From positions 608,001 through 672,000 of the forward strand of contig CBDDDZ010000005.1 of NCBI GenBank assembly GCA_965226795.1: 64,000 nt of DNA, written 5' to 3'. The DNA comes from Candidatus Latescibacterota bacterium. Its GTDB lineage: Bacteria; Latescibacterota; UBA2968; GCA-2709665. The notes below the pieces were generated by a model. That model worked only from the letters and a program-made list of their open reading frames with translations. It was not told the DNA's origin and did no database searches. The translations under genes and the position numbers were made by a program. Positions 43,241 through 53,021 of this stretch are shown here, one piece after another (positions within the stretch are counted from its first letter, which is position 1; each line of letters opens with the position of its first letter).

Positions 43241-43505
43241 TTTCGACAAGCTCAACGACCGCAATGCACACGACGAACATCAATTTGACTGCGCCCTGAG
43301 CCGCTCCCTGAGCCTGTCGAAGGGTCGGCGAAGGGGTATCTATAGGCGCAGAACGCATCGCGAAACGCGGGCATTTCGACAAGCTCAATGACCTCGTTTC
43401 GGCAAGCACGTTTCGATGGCCGATTTCGACAAGCTTGTTTCGACAGGCTCAACGCAGGCAATGACCGCGCTTCGACAGATTCGTTCCCACAAGCTCAACG
43501 CAAGC
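43241..43505. repeat. Cluster of TTCGACAAGCTCA / TGAGCCTGTCGAAGGG REP-like repeats in both orientations
   Basis: At least five forward copies plus an inverted copy near 43307-43324. Confidence 0.75.
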
Positions 43506-43560
43506 AGCACAGGCAACGCGGCCAGGCACGAGAACCGCCAACCCGGAAAAGGAGACCGCA

Positions 43561-44370
43561 ATGGACGACGAAGAGAGATATTTTTTTGATCTCAATGGCT
43601 ATCTCGTGGTTGAGAACGCCCTCTCCTCAGCGGAAGTTGCCGCATGCAACGAAGCCATAGACCGGAACGTCCTCCTCATCCGCGAACGGCCCGAAGAACA
43701 ATCCCTCTCGGGTAAATCCAGAACGCTTAAGGGTCAGCAGGGTCGCGGCGATCTCGGCGGCATGCTGACGTGGCCGAAGCCCTGGTGCCAACCCTTCAGG
43801 GATCTCCTGGCTCATCCCGGTATCGTACCGTATCTCAATGAACTGCTGCGCGAGGGTTTCCGCCTGGATCACCTTTATGGAATCATCATGCGCCAGGGAA
43901 CGGAAGGACACGTGCTTCACGGCGGCGGCACCACGGATGACCTGACCCATTTCTACCAGTTTCACAATGGAAAGATGCGTTGCGGCCTTACCGTTGTTTC
44001 CTGGATCCTTACCGACTGCGGCCCGGGAGACGGGGGATTCGCCTGCATTCCAGGGAGCCACAAATCCAACTACCCGACCCCGCGGGGCGTGGCCCTGCTG
44101 GATAGAGACATCGGCGTGGTGCGGCAGGTGGAAGCGAAGGCCGGCTCGGCCGTCATTTTCACCGAAGCCCTAACGCACGGCACGATGCCCTGGGCGGCCG
44201 AACACCAGCGGCGTTCCATTCTGTACAAATACGCGCCCGGACCACTGACCTACGCACGAATCTACCTGCCGCAGGGCGTTGAAGAGGTTCTGGAGGAATT
44301 CACGCCGCAACAGCGCGCCGTGCTGGAACCGCCGTACCGCACCCAGCGGCCGACACTCGCGGCCAGTTGA
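43561..44370 (+). CDS. Phytanoyl-CoA dioxygenase (PhyH)-like Fe(II)/2OG enzyme
   Basis: FDLNGYLVVENAL, GGFACIPGSHK, LTHGT, RRS; first metal motif reads LHGG. Confidence 0.82.
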   Translation: MDDEERYFFDLNGYLVVENALSSAEVAACNEAIDRNVLLIRERPEEQSLSGKSRTLKGQQGRGDLGGMLTWPKPWCQPFRDLLAHPGIVPYLNELLREGFRLDHLYGIIMRQGTEGHVLHGGGTTDDLTHFYQFHNGKMRCGLTVVSWILTDCGPGDGGFACIPGSHKSNYPTPRGVALLDRDIGVVRQVEAKAGSAVIFTEALTHGTMPWAAEHQRRSILYKYAPGPLTYARIYLPQGVEEVLEEFTPQQRAVLEPPYRTQRPTLAAS

Positions 44371-44469
44371 CCGATGGCCTGCGCCGACGCGCGGATGCCG
44401 CCGAAGGACATACCCTGACACGGCAATACCGGCGTGCCAACAGCCCGCAATCAGAACCTTCATCATGCG

Positions 44470-44500
44470 AAAGCCCCGGTCTGATTCGACCGGGGCTTTT
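44470..44500. terminator. Bidirectional terminator between convergent genes
   Basis: AAAGCCCCGGTC-N6-GACCGGGGCTTTT. Confidence 0.75.
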
Positions 44501-44537
44501 GGCTGATCCTTAGTCGGCCGTCCCGCCAAAGCCGATC

Positions 44538-45686
44538 CTACAGATAATTCACACCATACCAGAGCGCCGGAATCGGGAACACCTCTGCCAGAATTTCGCC
44601 CGCACGACCTCCGGAATTCAGAAGCGACGCTTCGGCGCCGTCCAACGTGCCGAAAATCAACTGCACCGCCGCCCCCTGGTCGGGCGCCACCACGCGGTCG
44701 CCCCCATACGAGAAGATCATCTCGTCTCCCTGCTCATTGAAGACCAGGCTCCGGGCCTCCGTCTCGCCAACCACCTCTGCGAAATAGGGCCGCATCCGCT
44801 CCATAAACTGGACGAAATTGATCAGTGTGACCGTCCCCGACGAATTGGCCGGCGCACCGGTCAGGCCTCTCGCCTGAAGGCAATCCTGAAACCACCGATC
44901 GCAGCCCATAACGTGGAGGCTGAGCGCCTGGAGGTCCAGTTTCCGGATCAGTTTGCCCAGGGCGCCAGCCAGACACCGCCGGTCTCCCGCGGCCTCCTGC
45001 ACCGGTATCCTGTCGTCGCCGTCCCGGGGCTGCTGCACGATCATGTATCCACGCATTATCCCGGCTTCACACACCTTGAATACCAGCGCGGGTCGGTTCA
45101 TGACAAACCCGTTGAATGCGTGAGCGTAATCGGACGGCGGCCGCATCCACCGCACGGGCTCCTCACGGTACACCGAGGCCATTGCCGGTACGTCGTCCGG
45201 TGACGCATCGACGAGTTCCACGCCGGCGTCGTCGAAATCTCCGGCCTTGTCCGCCGTCAGCGAGAAATTCCAGTCTCGCCCGACGTACCGGCACCCGAAC
45301 CGGTGATACATCTTTCGATATCCGGACACCAGCATGAAATCCACCCCGTCCTCCCTGCAGACCCGCATCGTGTCCTCGAACAGGGCGGTCGCGTAGCCCT
45401 TGCCGCGGTATTCTTCGTACGTGGCCACCCCGCCCAGAGACGACGCGCGTACCGTACATCCGAATATGGACGCGTTCCGCCGCAGCGCGCCAATGTGCGA
45501 CACAACCCGCCCGTCCACCACCACCACCCGCATTTCCCCGGCGTGCGCCGGTGTGTAAAAGTGCGGGTATTCCTCGGCCAGGCCGGGGCGGAACACCGTG
45601 CCGACCAGTTCGCACAGACTCTCGAATTCATCCGGATGCAGGCTGCGCATGCCATCGCGCCACGAGGGTTGGGGGTCGATGGGCAT
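44538..45686 (-). CDS. GNAT N-acetyltransferase (Eis-like)
   Basis: LGGVATYEEYRGKGYA acetyl-CoA motif, MYHRFG. Confidence 0.8.
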   Translation of the reverse strand: MPIDPQPSWRDGMRSLHPDEFESLCELVGTVFRPGLAEEYPHFYTPAHAGEMRVVVVDGRVVSHIGALRRNASIFGCTVRASSLGGVATYEEYRGKGYATALFEDTMRVCREDGVDFMLVSGYRKMYHRFGCRYVGRDWNFSLTADKAGDFDDAGVELVDASPDDVPAMASVYREEPVRWMRPPSDYAHAFNGFVMNRPALVFKVCEAGIMRGYMIVQQPRDGDDRIPVQEAAGDRRCLAGALGKLIRKLDLQALSLHVMGCDRWFQDCLQARGLTGAPANSSGTVTLINFVQFMERMRPYFAEVVGETEARSLVFNEQGDEMIFSYGGDRVVAPDQGAAVQLIFGTLDGAEASLLNSGGRAGEILAEVFPIPALWYGVNYL

Positions 45687-45750
45687 CGTGGCCTCCTTAA
45701 ATCAGCGAACCGGCGCTCACTGATGCGGCGGTTCATGATGTCGATTGAAA

Positions 45751-46757
45751 TCACAGGGTCGAAGGGTTCGGGGAACAGTCGAAATTCGCGCCAGTCCAGG
45801 GACGTGGCGGCCAGGTCTCGTCCTGCCCCATAAAACCCGGGACACTGAAATATCGTTCCGCCGAATCGCAGATCACCGTGGCAACGCGCCGGCCTTCGCC
45901 CAACTCCTCCGCCACCCGGAGCGCGGTCCAGACATTCGCGCCGGCCGAAATGCCGCTCAGGATCCCCTCCTCGGCCGCCAGCCGCCTGGAGGTTTCGAAC
46001 GCATCGGCCTCGGTCGCGCAGATCACGCGATCGTAGATCTCCCGGTTCAGGACCTCGGGAACGAATCCCGCGCCGATGCCCTGGATATCGTGAAGCCCCG
46101 GCGCGCCGCCGGACAGCACGTTGGACCGTTGCGGTTCCACCGCCACCACCAGCAAACACGGAAATTCCGCCTTCAGGACCTCGCCCACGCCCGTGATGGT
46201 GCCGCCCGTGCCCACGCCGGCCACGAACGCATCCAGCCGCCCCTCGACCGCCTCCAGGATCTCACGCGCGGTTGTGCGGCGGTGAACCTCCGGATTCGCC
46301 GGATTCACGAACTGCTGCGGCATGAACGTCTCGGCGGCGGCTTCACGCGCGATGCGCACCGCCTCGTCCACGGCGCCTTGCATGTCCTTGGCGCCCGGCG
46401 TCAGCACCACCTCGGCCCCGAAACTCTGCAACAGATCCCGCCTTTCGCGGCTCATGGAATCCGGCATGGTCAGGACCAGCCGGTATCCCTTCGCCGCCGC
46501 CACCAGCGCCAGGCCGATGCCCGTATTCCCGCTGGTCGGCTCCACGATTGTCATGCCCGGCTTCAGACTGCCGTCCCGTTCCGCCGCCTCGATCATCGCA
46601 TCCGCAATCCGGTCCTTCACCGAAGCCACGGGGTTGGCGGCCTCGATTTTAACGGCCACCTCGGCCATGACGGTTCCACGAGCCGGTTCAGGCGCACCAT
46701 CGGCGTCTCGCCGATCAGTTCCAGGATATCGTCCGCCACCGCGTTGGCCAATGGCAT
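45751..46757 (-). CDS. cysK: Cysteine synthase A (one base missing near 46670)
   Basis: N-terminus MPLAN...LIGETPMVRLN lies in another frame upstream; SVKDRI PLP lysine, EPTSGNTG, GVGTGGT, IQGIGAG. Confidence 0.9.
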
Positions 46758-46826
46758 GTCGTCCCTTTCTAACGCTTCAACCAGGACCCGTCAACCCCCG
46801 TGATCGGGCAATCTCAAATGCTTCAT

Positions 46827-47288
46827 TTATCCCGCTTCGCCCGCGCTCTCGACGCGAGTTGCCACGGCCTCGATCGCCATTTTCCCCAGGCGCTGGATGT
46901 CTTCGGCGATCGTATCGTCCTCCAGGTCGGCCGGGGCGCACCACCGGTATCCCTCTGCCTCGGAGGCCGCCACCTTCAGGCTGCCCCCCGTCACGCGCGC
47001 GAAATAGATCAGATCGATATGCTGGTGATCGGCTGAAATCTGTTCCAGGAGAATACATTCGGGGCGGCTCAGCACATCCACCGTGCCCATCCGGGAGCGC
47101 GGTGAAAGCAGGGCCACCTCCAGGCCACACTCCTCCCGGACCTCGCGGACGGCTGCATCGCACGGCAGCTCGTCCTTGTCGATATGCCCGCCCGGCGGAA
47201 GCCACAGCCGGAGCCGCTTATGGAATAGCAACAACGTCCTGCCGTCCTGAACGACGAACGTGGTTGCCGTAAAGTCCCGTGTGGTCAT
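46827..47288 (-). CDS. NUDIX hydrolase
   Basis: Nudix box GGHIDKDELPCDAAVREVREECG. Confidence 0.9.
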   Translation of the reverse strand: MTTRDFTATTFVVQDGRTLLLFHKRLRLWLPPGGHIDKDELPCDAAVREVREECGLEVALLSPRSRMGTVDVLSRPECILLEQISADHQHIDLIYFARVTGGSLKVAASEAEGYRWCAPADLEDDTIAEDIQRLGKMAIEAVATRVESAGEAG

Positions 47289-47362
47289 CCTTTTGAATAT
47301 ACCTTGCGAATTCCCAGGTGAAAAGGGGAAAAGAACTACTGTGATTAAGGCACGTGCGGCTT

Positions 47363-47657
47363 ACATGGATGGACAGGATGAAAAGGATGGAAACCAGGAA
47401 CTGCAAGACCGGTGTCTGCTGACTAACTATGTTAAAAAAAATACACCCCACGAGCCGTCCCAGACTCACGGGGAATTCTCAAACCAACACCGACAAACAT
47501 GGGTCTACAGGATCTACTGTCAATCAGCCATAAGTCACGCGATTACGTTATTTTATGTGATTGTGCCAACCGCGTGGACAGGGTGGTTAGAGGGTTCCCG
47601 AGATTTTCGCGACTGTCGGGTTTCAGTCTTTATCCTGTCTATCCTGTGCATCCATGT
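47363..47657. repeat. Inverted pair of the 26-nt CAGGAT repeat
   Basis: ACATGGATGGACAGGATGAAAAGGAT (47363-47388) and ATCCTGTCTATCCTGTGCATCCATGT (47632-47657). Confidence 0.85.
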
Positions 47658-47718
47658 AAGATGTGTCGTCGAAAGGATCACCATCGCATAACCCGAAGTC
47701 CATCCGCGTCCAGTACGA

Positions 47719-47919
47719 TCACTCGTGTAGCCGGAACTTGATCTCGGCGATCGAAGCCGTCTCCAGGAATGATTCCAATTCTTTTTTCAGGTTTTCCTGG
47801 GCTTCGAATACAGTTTTTCCCTGGCTCGCGATGTCCAACTCGGGGCATAGAGAGACGTACCCATCGCCGACGCGCTCGATAATTGCCGTCAACTGTCTGG
47901 TCATCACCAACTCCCGCAT
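47719..47919 (-). CDS. hicB: HicB-family antitoxin (short, no adjacent HicA)
   Basis: LTAIIER..DGYVSLCPELDIASQGKT..EA..NL. Confidence 0.75.
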   Translation of the reverse strand: MRELVMTRQLTAIIERVGDGYVSLCPELDIASQGKTVFEAQENLKKELESFLETASIAEIKFRLHE

Positions 47920-47937
47920 TTCCGATTCAAAGAATTA

Positions 47938-48294
47938 ACATGGATGTACAGGATAATACTGTGATTACCCTGATTACACTATGATTGCCATGATTAAGTC
48001 GGATGCGCGGACAGGAAAGACGAGCGAAATCCGACTTGGCATCTGAAACACGGAAAAAAGCCTGTCAGTACCTTAATTAAGGTGAAATGTATGATTACTG
48101 ATTACCGTGATTAAGGCGCGTGGTCGCGGAAGGGCAACAGCGGAAATCCTGTGCATCATGTTAACCACAGTGTCTATCCTGAACATCCATGCCTCCCGCT
48201 TCGCCGCTTTTGCCTCGAATCACAGTCCATCATTATAATCACACGAATCATAGTCGTTTTTGGTCTTCATCCTGTCTATCCTGTGCATCCATGT
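47938..48294. mobile_element. Gene-less MITE/REPIN-like element, copy A
   Basis: Terminal inverted CAGGAT repeats, inner TGATTA/TAATCA arrays; both arms align with 63506-63844. Confidence 0.7.
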
Positions 48295-48295
48295 T

Positions 48296-48907
48296 TCATG
48301 CCTTTTTACGAGGATCGCCTGTCAATTGTTCCCACGCTTTCGTGAAGGACTCAGGCTCGACACCGAGCGCATCGGCCACGCGGTTGATATAGTTGAAATA
48401 GCCGACGATCTGGACCGCGTCATGAATGGCGCGATCGTCGAAGCCGTGCCGGCGCAACCCGTCTATATCCTCCGCCGTTGAAGTCTGGGGATCCAGGCTG
48501 AGTTTTTCCGCGAAGGCACAAAGTGCGCGGTCGGCCGGGGAGAGGCGGGCCCCGCGCCAATCCGTGGCCAACTGATGCACCAGACGGTCGGCCTCGTCGT
48601 CGTCCTCAACGCCGAAATCTCTGGCGACCTCGGCACGGAGGTCGTGGGCGTGGGCGCGTATTCAGTACACGCAATGATTCGCGGCCGAAACCACCACGGC
48701 CAGCATCTCCCGCCGCCCGCGGCTGAGAGGGGAGGGGCCGTGCATCAGAATGCCATAAAAATCCAGCGAAGCCTTCATGACGGGGGGGTTGGGGCTCATG
48801 ATGGACACAATGCCCCAGATACGTCCGGCGCGGGACATCGCGGCGTCGTACAGCTTCTTCAACAGGCCGGTGGCCTTATCTGGCGGGATGACATTGATAT
48901 CGGGCAT
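48296..48907 (-). CDS. AhpD/carboxymuconolactone decarboxylase-like peroxidase-related selenoprotein (UGA at 48662-48664)
   Basis: ORFs 48662..48928 and 48296..48580 are in frame, separated only by TGA in N-H-C-V-Y-U-I-R-A-H; SECIS-like hairpin 17 nt downstream; C-terminal FNYINRVADALGV. Confidence 0.85.
48625..48644 (-). promoter_or_regulatory. Putative bacterial SECIS element
   Basis: CGACCTC-CGTGCC-GAGGTCG hairpin with GT in the loop, starting 17 nt 3' of the UGA. Confidence 0.65.
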
Positions 48908-48972
48908 CACGGACCTCCAACCGAACACGGATCAACAGGGATATTCTAATCATACCAAAAACAAAACGACCT

Positions 48973-48998
48973 ACATGGATGGACAGGATGAACAGGAT
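48973..48998 (+). repeat. 26-nt CAGGAT repeat, left of the SIR2/CBASS cargo
   Basis: ACATGGATGGACAGGATGAACAGGAT; partial second copy at 49108-49124. Confidence 0.85.
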
Positions 48999-49194
48999 AA
49001 AACGGGAAAAACTGGAAAATCCAGTACACCCTGGACCATCACGATGCTAAAGCCGACGATCGGACGTAGTGACGGATTTCGTAGAATCTCCAGAAAAACA
49101 CCAAGATACAAGGATAGACAGGATGGTTGTCCCCGCTCCGGATAAATCCTACTTGGAGATTACGTCCCTTTATTGTTGGACGTAAATCAGCAAC

Positions 49195-49223
49195 TTGACA
49201 TAAGTCCGAAATAATACTATACT
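49195..49223 (+). promoter_or_regulatory. Sigma70 promoter of the SIR2-like gene
   Basis: TTGACA-17 nt-TATACT. Confidence 0.65.
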
Positions 49224-49443
49224 TTTGTGCAGTAATATCCAAACCACGAGGAACACTTGCAAATCTGATGCACTGTGGCACGAAATGGCTAGCGGTGATG
49301 TATCGTAAAGAGAAAACTGGGTTTGCGAATATGCAAATTGCTAATCTGCACTGCAGGCGACGATTGGTCGGTGGCATGTTAATCTAAGTTGCAGATTGCG
49401 CCGGGAAAACCGACGTTTGACGGCAAATACGACGAGGGACACA

Positions 49444-50733
49444 ATGGCGAAAACAGTAATGATATTTGGAGCAGGAGCGTCGATCCCATTTTTCTGCCCG
49501 CCCATTTCGACCGATGGATTGACTGAATTAGTACAGAATGAGACGAAATGGCAAAAGCTCCTGGATAGGTATAACGCAGAGATGCGTCGTGCGAGTCGCC
49601 TTTTGGTTTGTAAGGTCAAATGGGATCCCATATCGCGTTTAAGTCAACGGGCACGTGAAGTGAAAGGGTGTGTAAACTTCGAGGAACTCATTGGGTTTTG
49701 CGACATGTATTCATCATTCGTTTTGGACGAAACATATCTCGCAAACCCTGGAATTGGAAGAGAATCCAAACGTCAACATGATCTCTTAAGGTTTTTCAAC
49801 GTTAGACAGCCATTTCAATGTGGTCAGTACTGGCAATTTGTACCCTTCCTCTTCAGACAGCTGATTGCTGAAGAGATTGGAGAAAGGGATCGCCAATATC
49901 GATCAAATGACTTTTGCGACCTCCTGAGCAAACAATCGAGTTTGCTCTCGGGTCAATTGAAAGATGGGGATCTGTCAGTATTCACTTTTAACTATGATGA
50001 TGTCTTGCCTCAGACCGTGGAAGTTGCAACGATACCTCTGGAAACGGGTTTCTCGTCAGGATACTTTTGTAGTGAGAAATTCCTAAAAGCACCGTCAGTT
50101 CTGGCATTTCTACACGGCCATGCAAAATGGGCTCTGGAAGATTGCGGTATCAGGGAATTTGCATCAATCTCCGACGCCAACACTTGGCGACTTAAGCGCC
50201 TTTTTTCCGCGGAGTCGGCGTCGATGGAATTCGTCGATGAATCTGGTGCCTACGACTTCAATTCATTTTTGTCCACTGGCTTAGACAAGGAGCCATCATT
50301 CAACCGAAACCCCTATTGTGCGTACCACCAGCGTATAGCCCGCGACCTTATGTCTGCAGATGCCCTTATTGTCGCTGGTTACTCGTTCAGTGACCCCCAC
50401 ATTGACAGGTTACTATTAAACTTCCGAAACCTCCGGCCGGAGAATAAGATCCTGGCAATTGACCTGTCGAAACAGGACATTGAGATAACGGAGGAATATA
50501 AGAATTGTGAAAGATTTGTTGGCCGTTTACTCCAAGTATTCGACGTCACAACAATTCCCGTAGAGTCTAGGAATCTAAGCTACAAATACGCTGGCGCATT
50601 GAACTGTACAAACAGAAATGGCTACGGCTTTTTGTATCCTCAAATCTGGATCTACAAAAATGGTTACGGGGAGTTTCTTTCAGAATGGCAGACCGTTCTC
50701 GATAAGTGGCGACGCTCTCACGATCCGTATTAG
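49444..50733 (+). CDS. SIR2-like domain protein (SIR2_2 type), putative anti-phage NADase
   Basis: FGAGAS, TFNYDD, FLHG, AGYSFSDPHI motifs; AT-richer than host genes. Confidence 0.75.
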   Translation: MAKTVMIFGAGASIPFFCPPISTDGLTELVQNETKWQKLLDRYNAEMRRASRLLVCKVKWDPISRLSQRAREVKGCVNFEELIGFCDMYSSFVLDETYLANPGIGRESKRQHDLLRFFNVRQPFQCGQYWQFVPFLFRQLIAEEIGERDRQYRSNDFCDLLSKQSSLLSGQLKDGDLSVFTFNYDDVLPQTVEVATIPLETGFSSGYFCSEKFLKAPSVLAFLHGHAKWALEDCGIREFASISDANTWRLKRLFSAESASMEFVDESGAYDFNSFLSTGLDKEPSFNRNPYCAYHQRIARDLMSADALIVAGYSFSDPHIDRLLLNFRNLRPENKILAIDLSKQDIEITEEYKNCERFVGRLLQVFDVTTIPVESRNLSYKYAGALNCTNRNGYGFLYPQIWIYKNGYGEFLSEWQTVLDKWRRSHDPY

Positions 50734-50888
50734 TACGACCTTTTCCCTGTGACGTTGTTGCCATTGCGATCTTTTTTTAGCGACAGATGTAGGCATGACA
50801 CGGTCGGAAAAAACTGCTCTCAAGCAATACGTCGTCATAGGTCATGCCGACACGGGGACAGCACAAGTCTCGCGGGTTTGAACGGCCG

Positions 50889-51131
50889 CTAGTGCCTCTT
50901 GTCTTTGGGTGGGTTCGGGTCGTTACCGGGCGGTACCGTATCCGAATCACGCCAACGACCATCCCGTCCCTGAATGCGAACCTCTCCACCACCTGAGTTT
51001 CCAACAATCTCCTTTGCCCGTTGCTCGGCTTCGTACTGTGTGTCGTGAACAGAACTGGCTCTTTCCGAGTTTGGACCCTTTACAGCCCAGCCTCTCTGAT
51101 GCTTCGTTACATACCGTTCATTCCTTCCCAT
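50889..51131 (-). CDS. DUF2188 family protein
   Basis: YVT...GWAVK...RAS..HDTQ.EA...A.EI......EVRIQGRDG...DSD....DPNPPKD; AGGAGG RBS. Confidence 0.85.
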   Translation of the reverse strand: MGRNERYVTKHQRGWAVKGPNSERASSVHDTQYEAEQRAKEIVGNSGGGEVRIQGRDGRWRDSDTVPPGNDPNPPKDKRH

Positions 51132-51208
51132 GTTGACCTCCTTGATTTGGTTGGTTCGTGTTTACCGATAATTACCGAACGATCAAAGAGCGTTGGTTCA
51201 TTAAGATT

Positions 51209-53021
51209 GAGCCCACTCCGAAAAGTCGTGTTTACTTAACCAGGAAAAAGTACTAAATTCGAGGTGTCAACAGGTTGCAATGTTTCAGATTGATGTTTGA
51301 TCACAAAGAAGCGAGGGACATATGTTTAGAAGGAGTGCCCCTTCAAGTCAGCCGGATCTGTTTAGCAGCTTCGAGTCGCATTTCAAAGGTCCGAAGCTGG
51401 ATCGGCTAAATGATCCGGCCGCCTGGAATAATCTGTTCTACGAGCACATCACGTCAAAGGTCGATGAGGATATTTTTCGTGTGGTGTTTGACCCTGACAT
51501 AGGCCGTCCCAATGCGCCGATCCGGCATCTGGTGTCGATGATGATCTTGAAGGAGGGCTTTGGGTGGAGCGATGCCCAACTTTTTGAGCAATGTCGGTTC
51601 AACATCCTGGTGATGGGGGCATTGGGGTTGGTGAATCTTACGGATGAAGTGCCTGTCGAGTCCACGTATTATCTGTTCAAGCAGGCTTTGTATGCGTATC
51701 AACTGAAGACCGGTCGCGATCTGGTAGGAGAGACCTTTTTCAGCTTAACAAAGACGCAGGCCAAGGCCTTTGGTGTATTGGGTCAACAAATCCGAATGGA
51801 CAGTAAGTTGATCGGCGCCAACATTGCCTTGTGTTGTCGGTTGCAGTTGGTGGTTTGTTGCTTACAAGGGTTCTGGAGGTCATTGGACAAGGATGAGAAG
51901 GGACGATTATCGGCAACGGATCAGCAGGTTTTGGAGGATCTGATCCAAGGGAAGCCCCATCAGGTTGTCTACCGTCTCACCCCTACTGAAAAAGGCGAGA
52001 AGCTACAGGAATTGGGGCGGTTATTGAGCAGGCTACAAGAGACCTATACCGAGAAAGACAGCGATCGATATGGTCTGATCGTGCGTGTTTTTGAGGACCA
52101 ATATACGGTTTTGTCTTCCCCCGAAGAGGTGCTACCCAAGCCGCCGAAAGCGATCTGTTCATCCTCGTTGCAGTCTGCCCATGATGACGATGCGGCCTTT
52201 CGCAGGAAAGGCGAGAATAAGGTGAAAGGGTATAATGTCAACCTCACCGAGACCTGCGATGAGGATGGCCTCAATTTGATCACGGATGTTGACGTCAAAC
52301 CGGCGACGAGTCCCGACAACGCGTTTGTCCAACCTGCCATTGAGCAGACACAACGCGTGGTGGGTGACGTCTTGGAAGTGTCAATGGATGGGGCCTATAA
52401 TGATCAATCCAACGCCGAGTACGCAAAAGAACAGGACAAGCAATTCTATTACAGTGGCCTGCAAGGAACCCCAGGGCGTTTCAGTTATGAACGCGCAGCA
52501 GACGGTGTCAAGGTCATTGATCAACAAACCGGAGAGGTTCAGCTTGCCCAAGAATACAAACCGGGAAAATACAAAATCATCATCGATGGCAAACCACGAT
52601 ACTTTAAAGAACAACACATCGACAGTTACCTCAATCGCAAACAGATCGAAGCACTCCCTGCCCATATTAGAAACAGACGCAACAATGTCGAGGCCAGCAT
52701 CTTCCAGTTGAGCTATTACACCCAAAATGGCAAGACGCGCTATCGCGGACTGATGCCACACCAACGGTGGGCCTGGTGTCGTGGCCTATGGATCAATCTG
52801 GTTCGGATCAAGAACTACCTCGCTACACCCCTGATGATCCCCGCATAATCGGGGATTTCTTGTGCAAAACCCTGATTGACAACACCCAGACCAACCTGGT
52901 GGCCTCCCTCTACGTTGATGCGCCGCAGGTCGCTGTAAAATCCCGGCACCACGATACATCCCTATACGCATCGCTGTCCACCAACACGAATCCTTCGCGG
53001 CCCCCTTTTCGGAGGCGACTC
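51209..53021 (+). mobile_element. Complete insertion sequence (IS5/IS1182-like DDE)
   Basis: Imperfect 17-bp terminal IRs GAGCCCACTCCGAAAAG / CTTTTCGGAGGCGACTC flanked by a direct repeat AAGATT (51203-51208 and 53022-53027). Confidence 0.88.
51322..52848 (+). CDS. Transposase (DUF772 plus DDE)
   Basis: GRPNAP...GWSD, RMDSKLI, DGAY, RNNVEASI, RYRG. Confidence 0.88.
   Translation: MFRRSAPSSQPDLFSSFESHFKGPKLDRLNDPAAWNNLFYEHITSKVDEDIFRVVFDPDIGRPNAPIRHLVSMMILKEGFGWSDAQLFEQCRFNILVMGALGLVNLTDEVPVESTYYLFKQALYAYQLKTGRDLVGETFFSLTKTQAKAFGVLGQQIRMDSKLIGANIALCCRLQLVVCCLQGFWRSLDKDEKGRLSATDQQVLEDLIQGKPHQVVYRLTPTEKGEKLQELGRLLSRLQETYTEKDSDRYGLIVRVFEDQYTVLSSPEEVLPKPPKAICSSSLQSAHDDDAAFRRKGENKVKGYNVNLTETCDEDGLNLITDVDVKPATSPDNAFVQPAIEQTQRVVGDVLEVSMDGAYNDQSNAEYAKEQDKQFYYSGLQGTPGRFSYERAADGVKVIDQQTGEVQLAQEYKPGKYKIIIDGKPRYFKEQHIDSYLNRKQIEALPAHIRNRRNNVEASIFQLSYYTQNGKTRYRGLMPHQRWAWCRGLWINLVRIKNYLATPLMIPA

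Noticed and set aside
47218..48392. ORFs containing ILSILCIHV / HPVYPVHPC / MDGQDE peptides (also 60716-61083, 63760-63981)
   Set aside because: These are translations of the 26-nt repeat in various frames, not credible genes.
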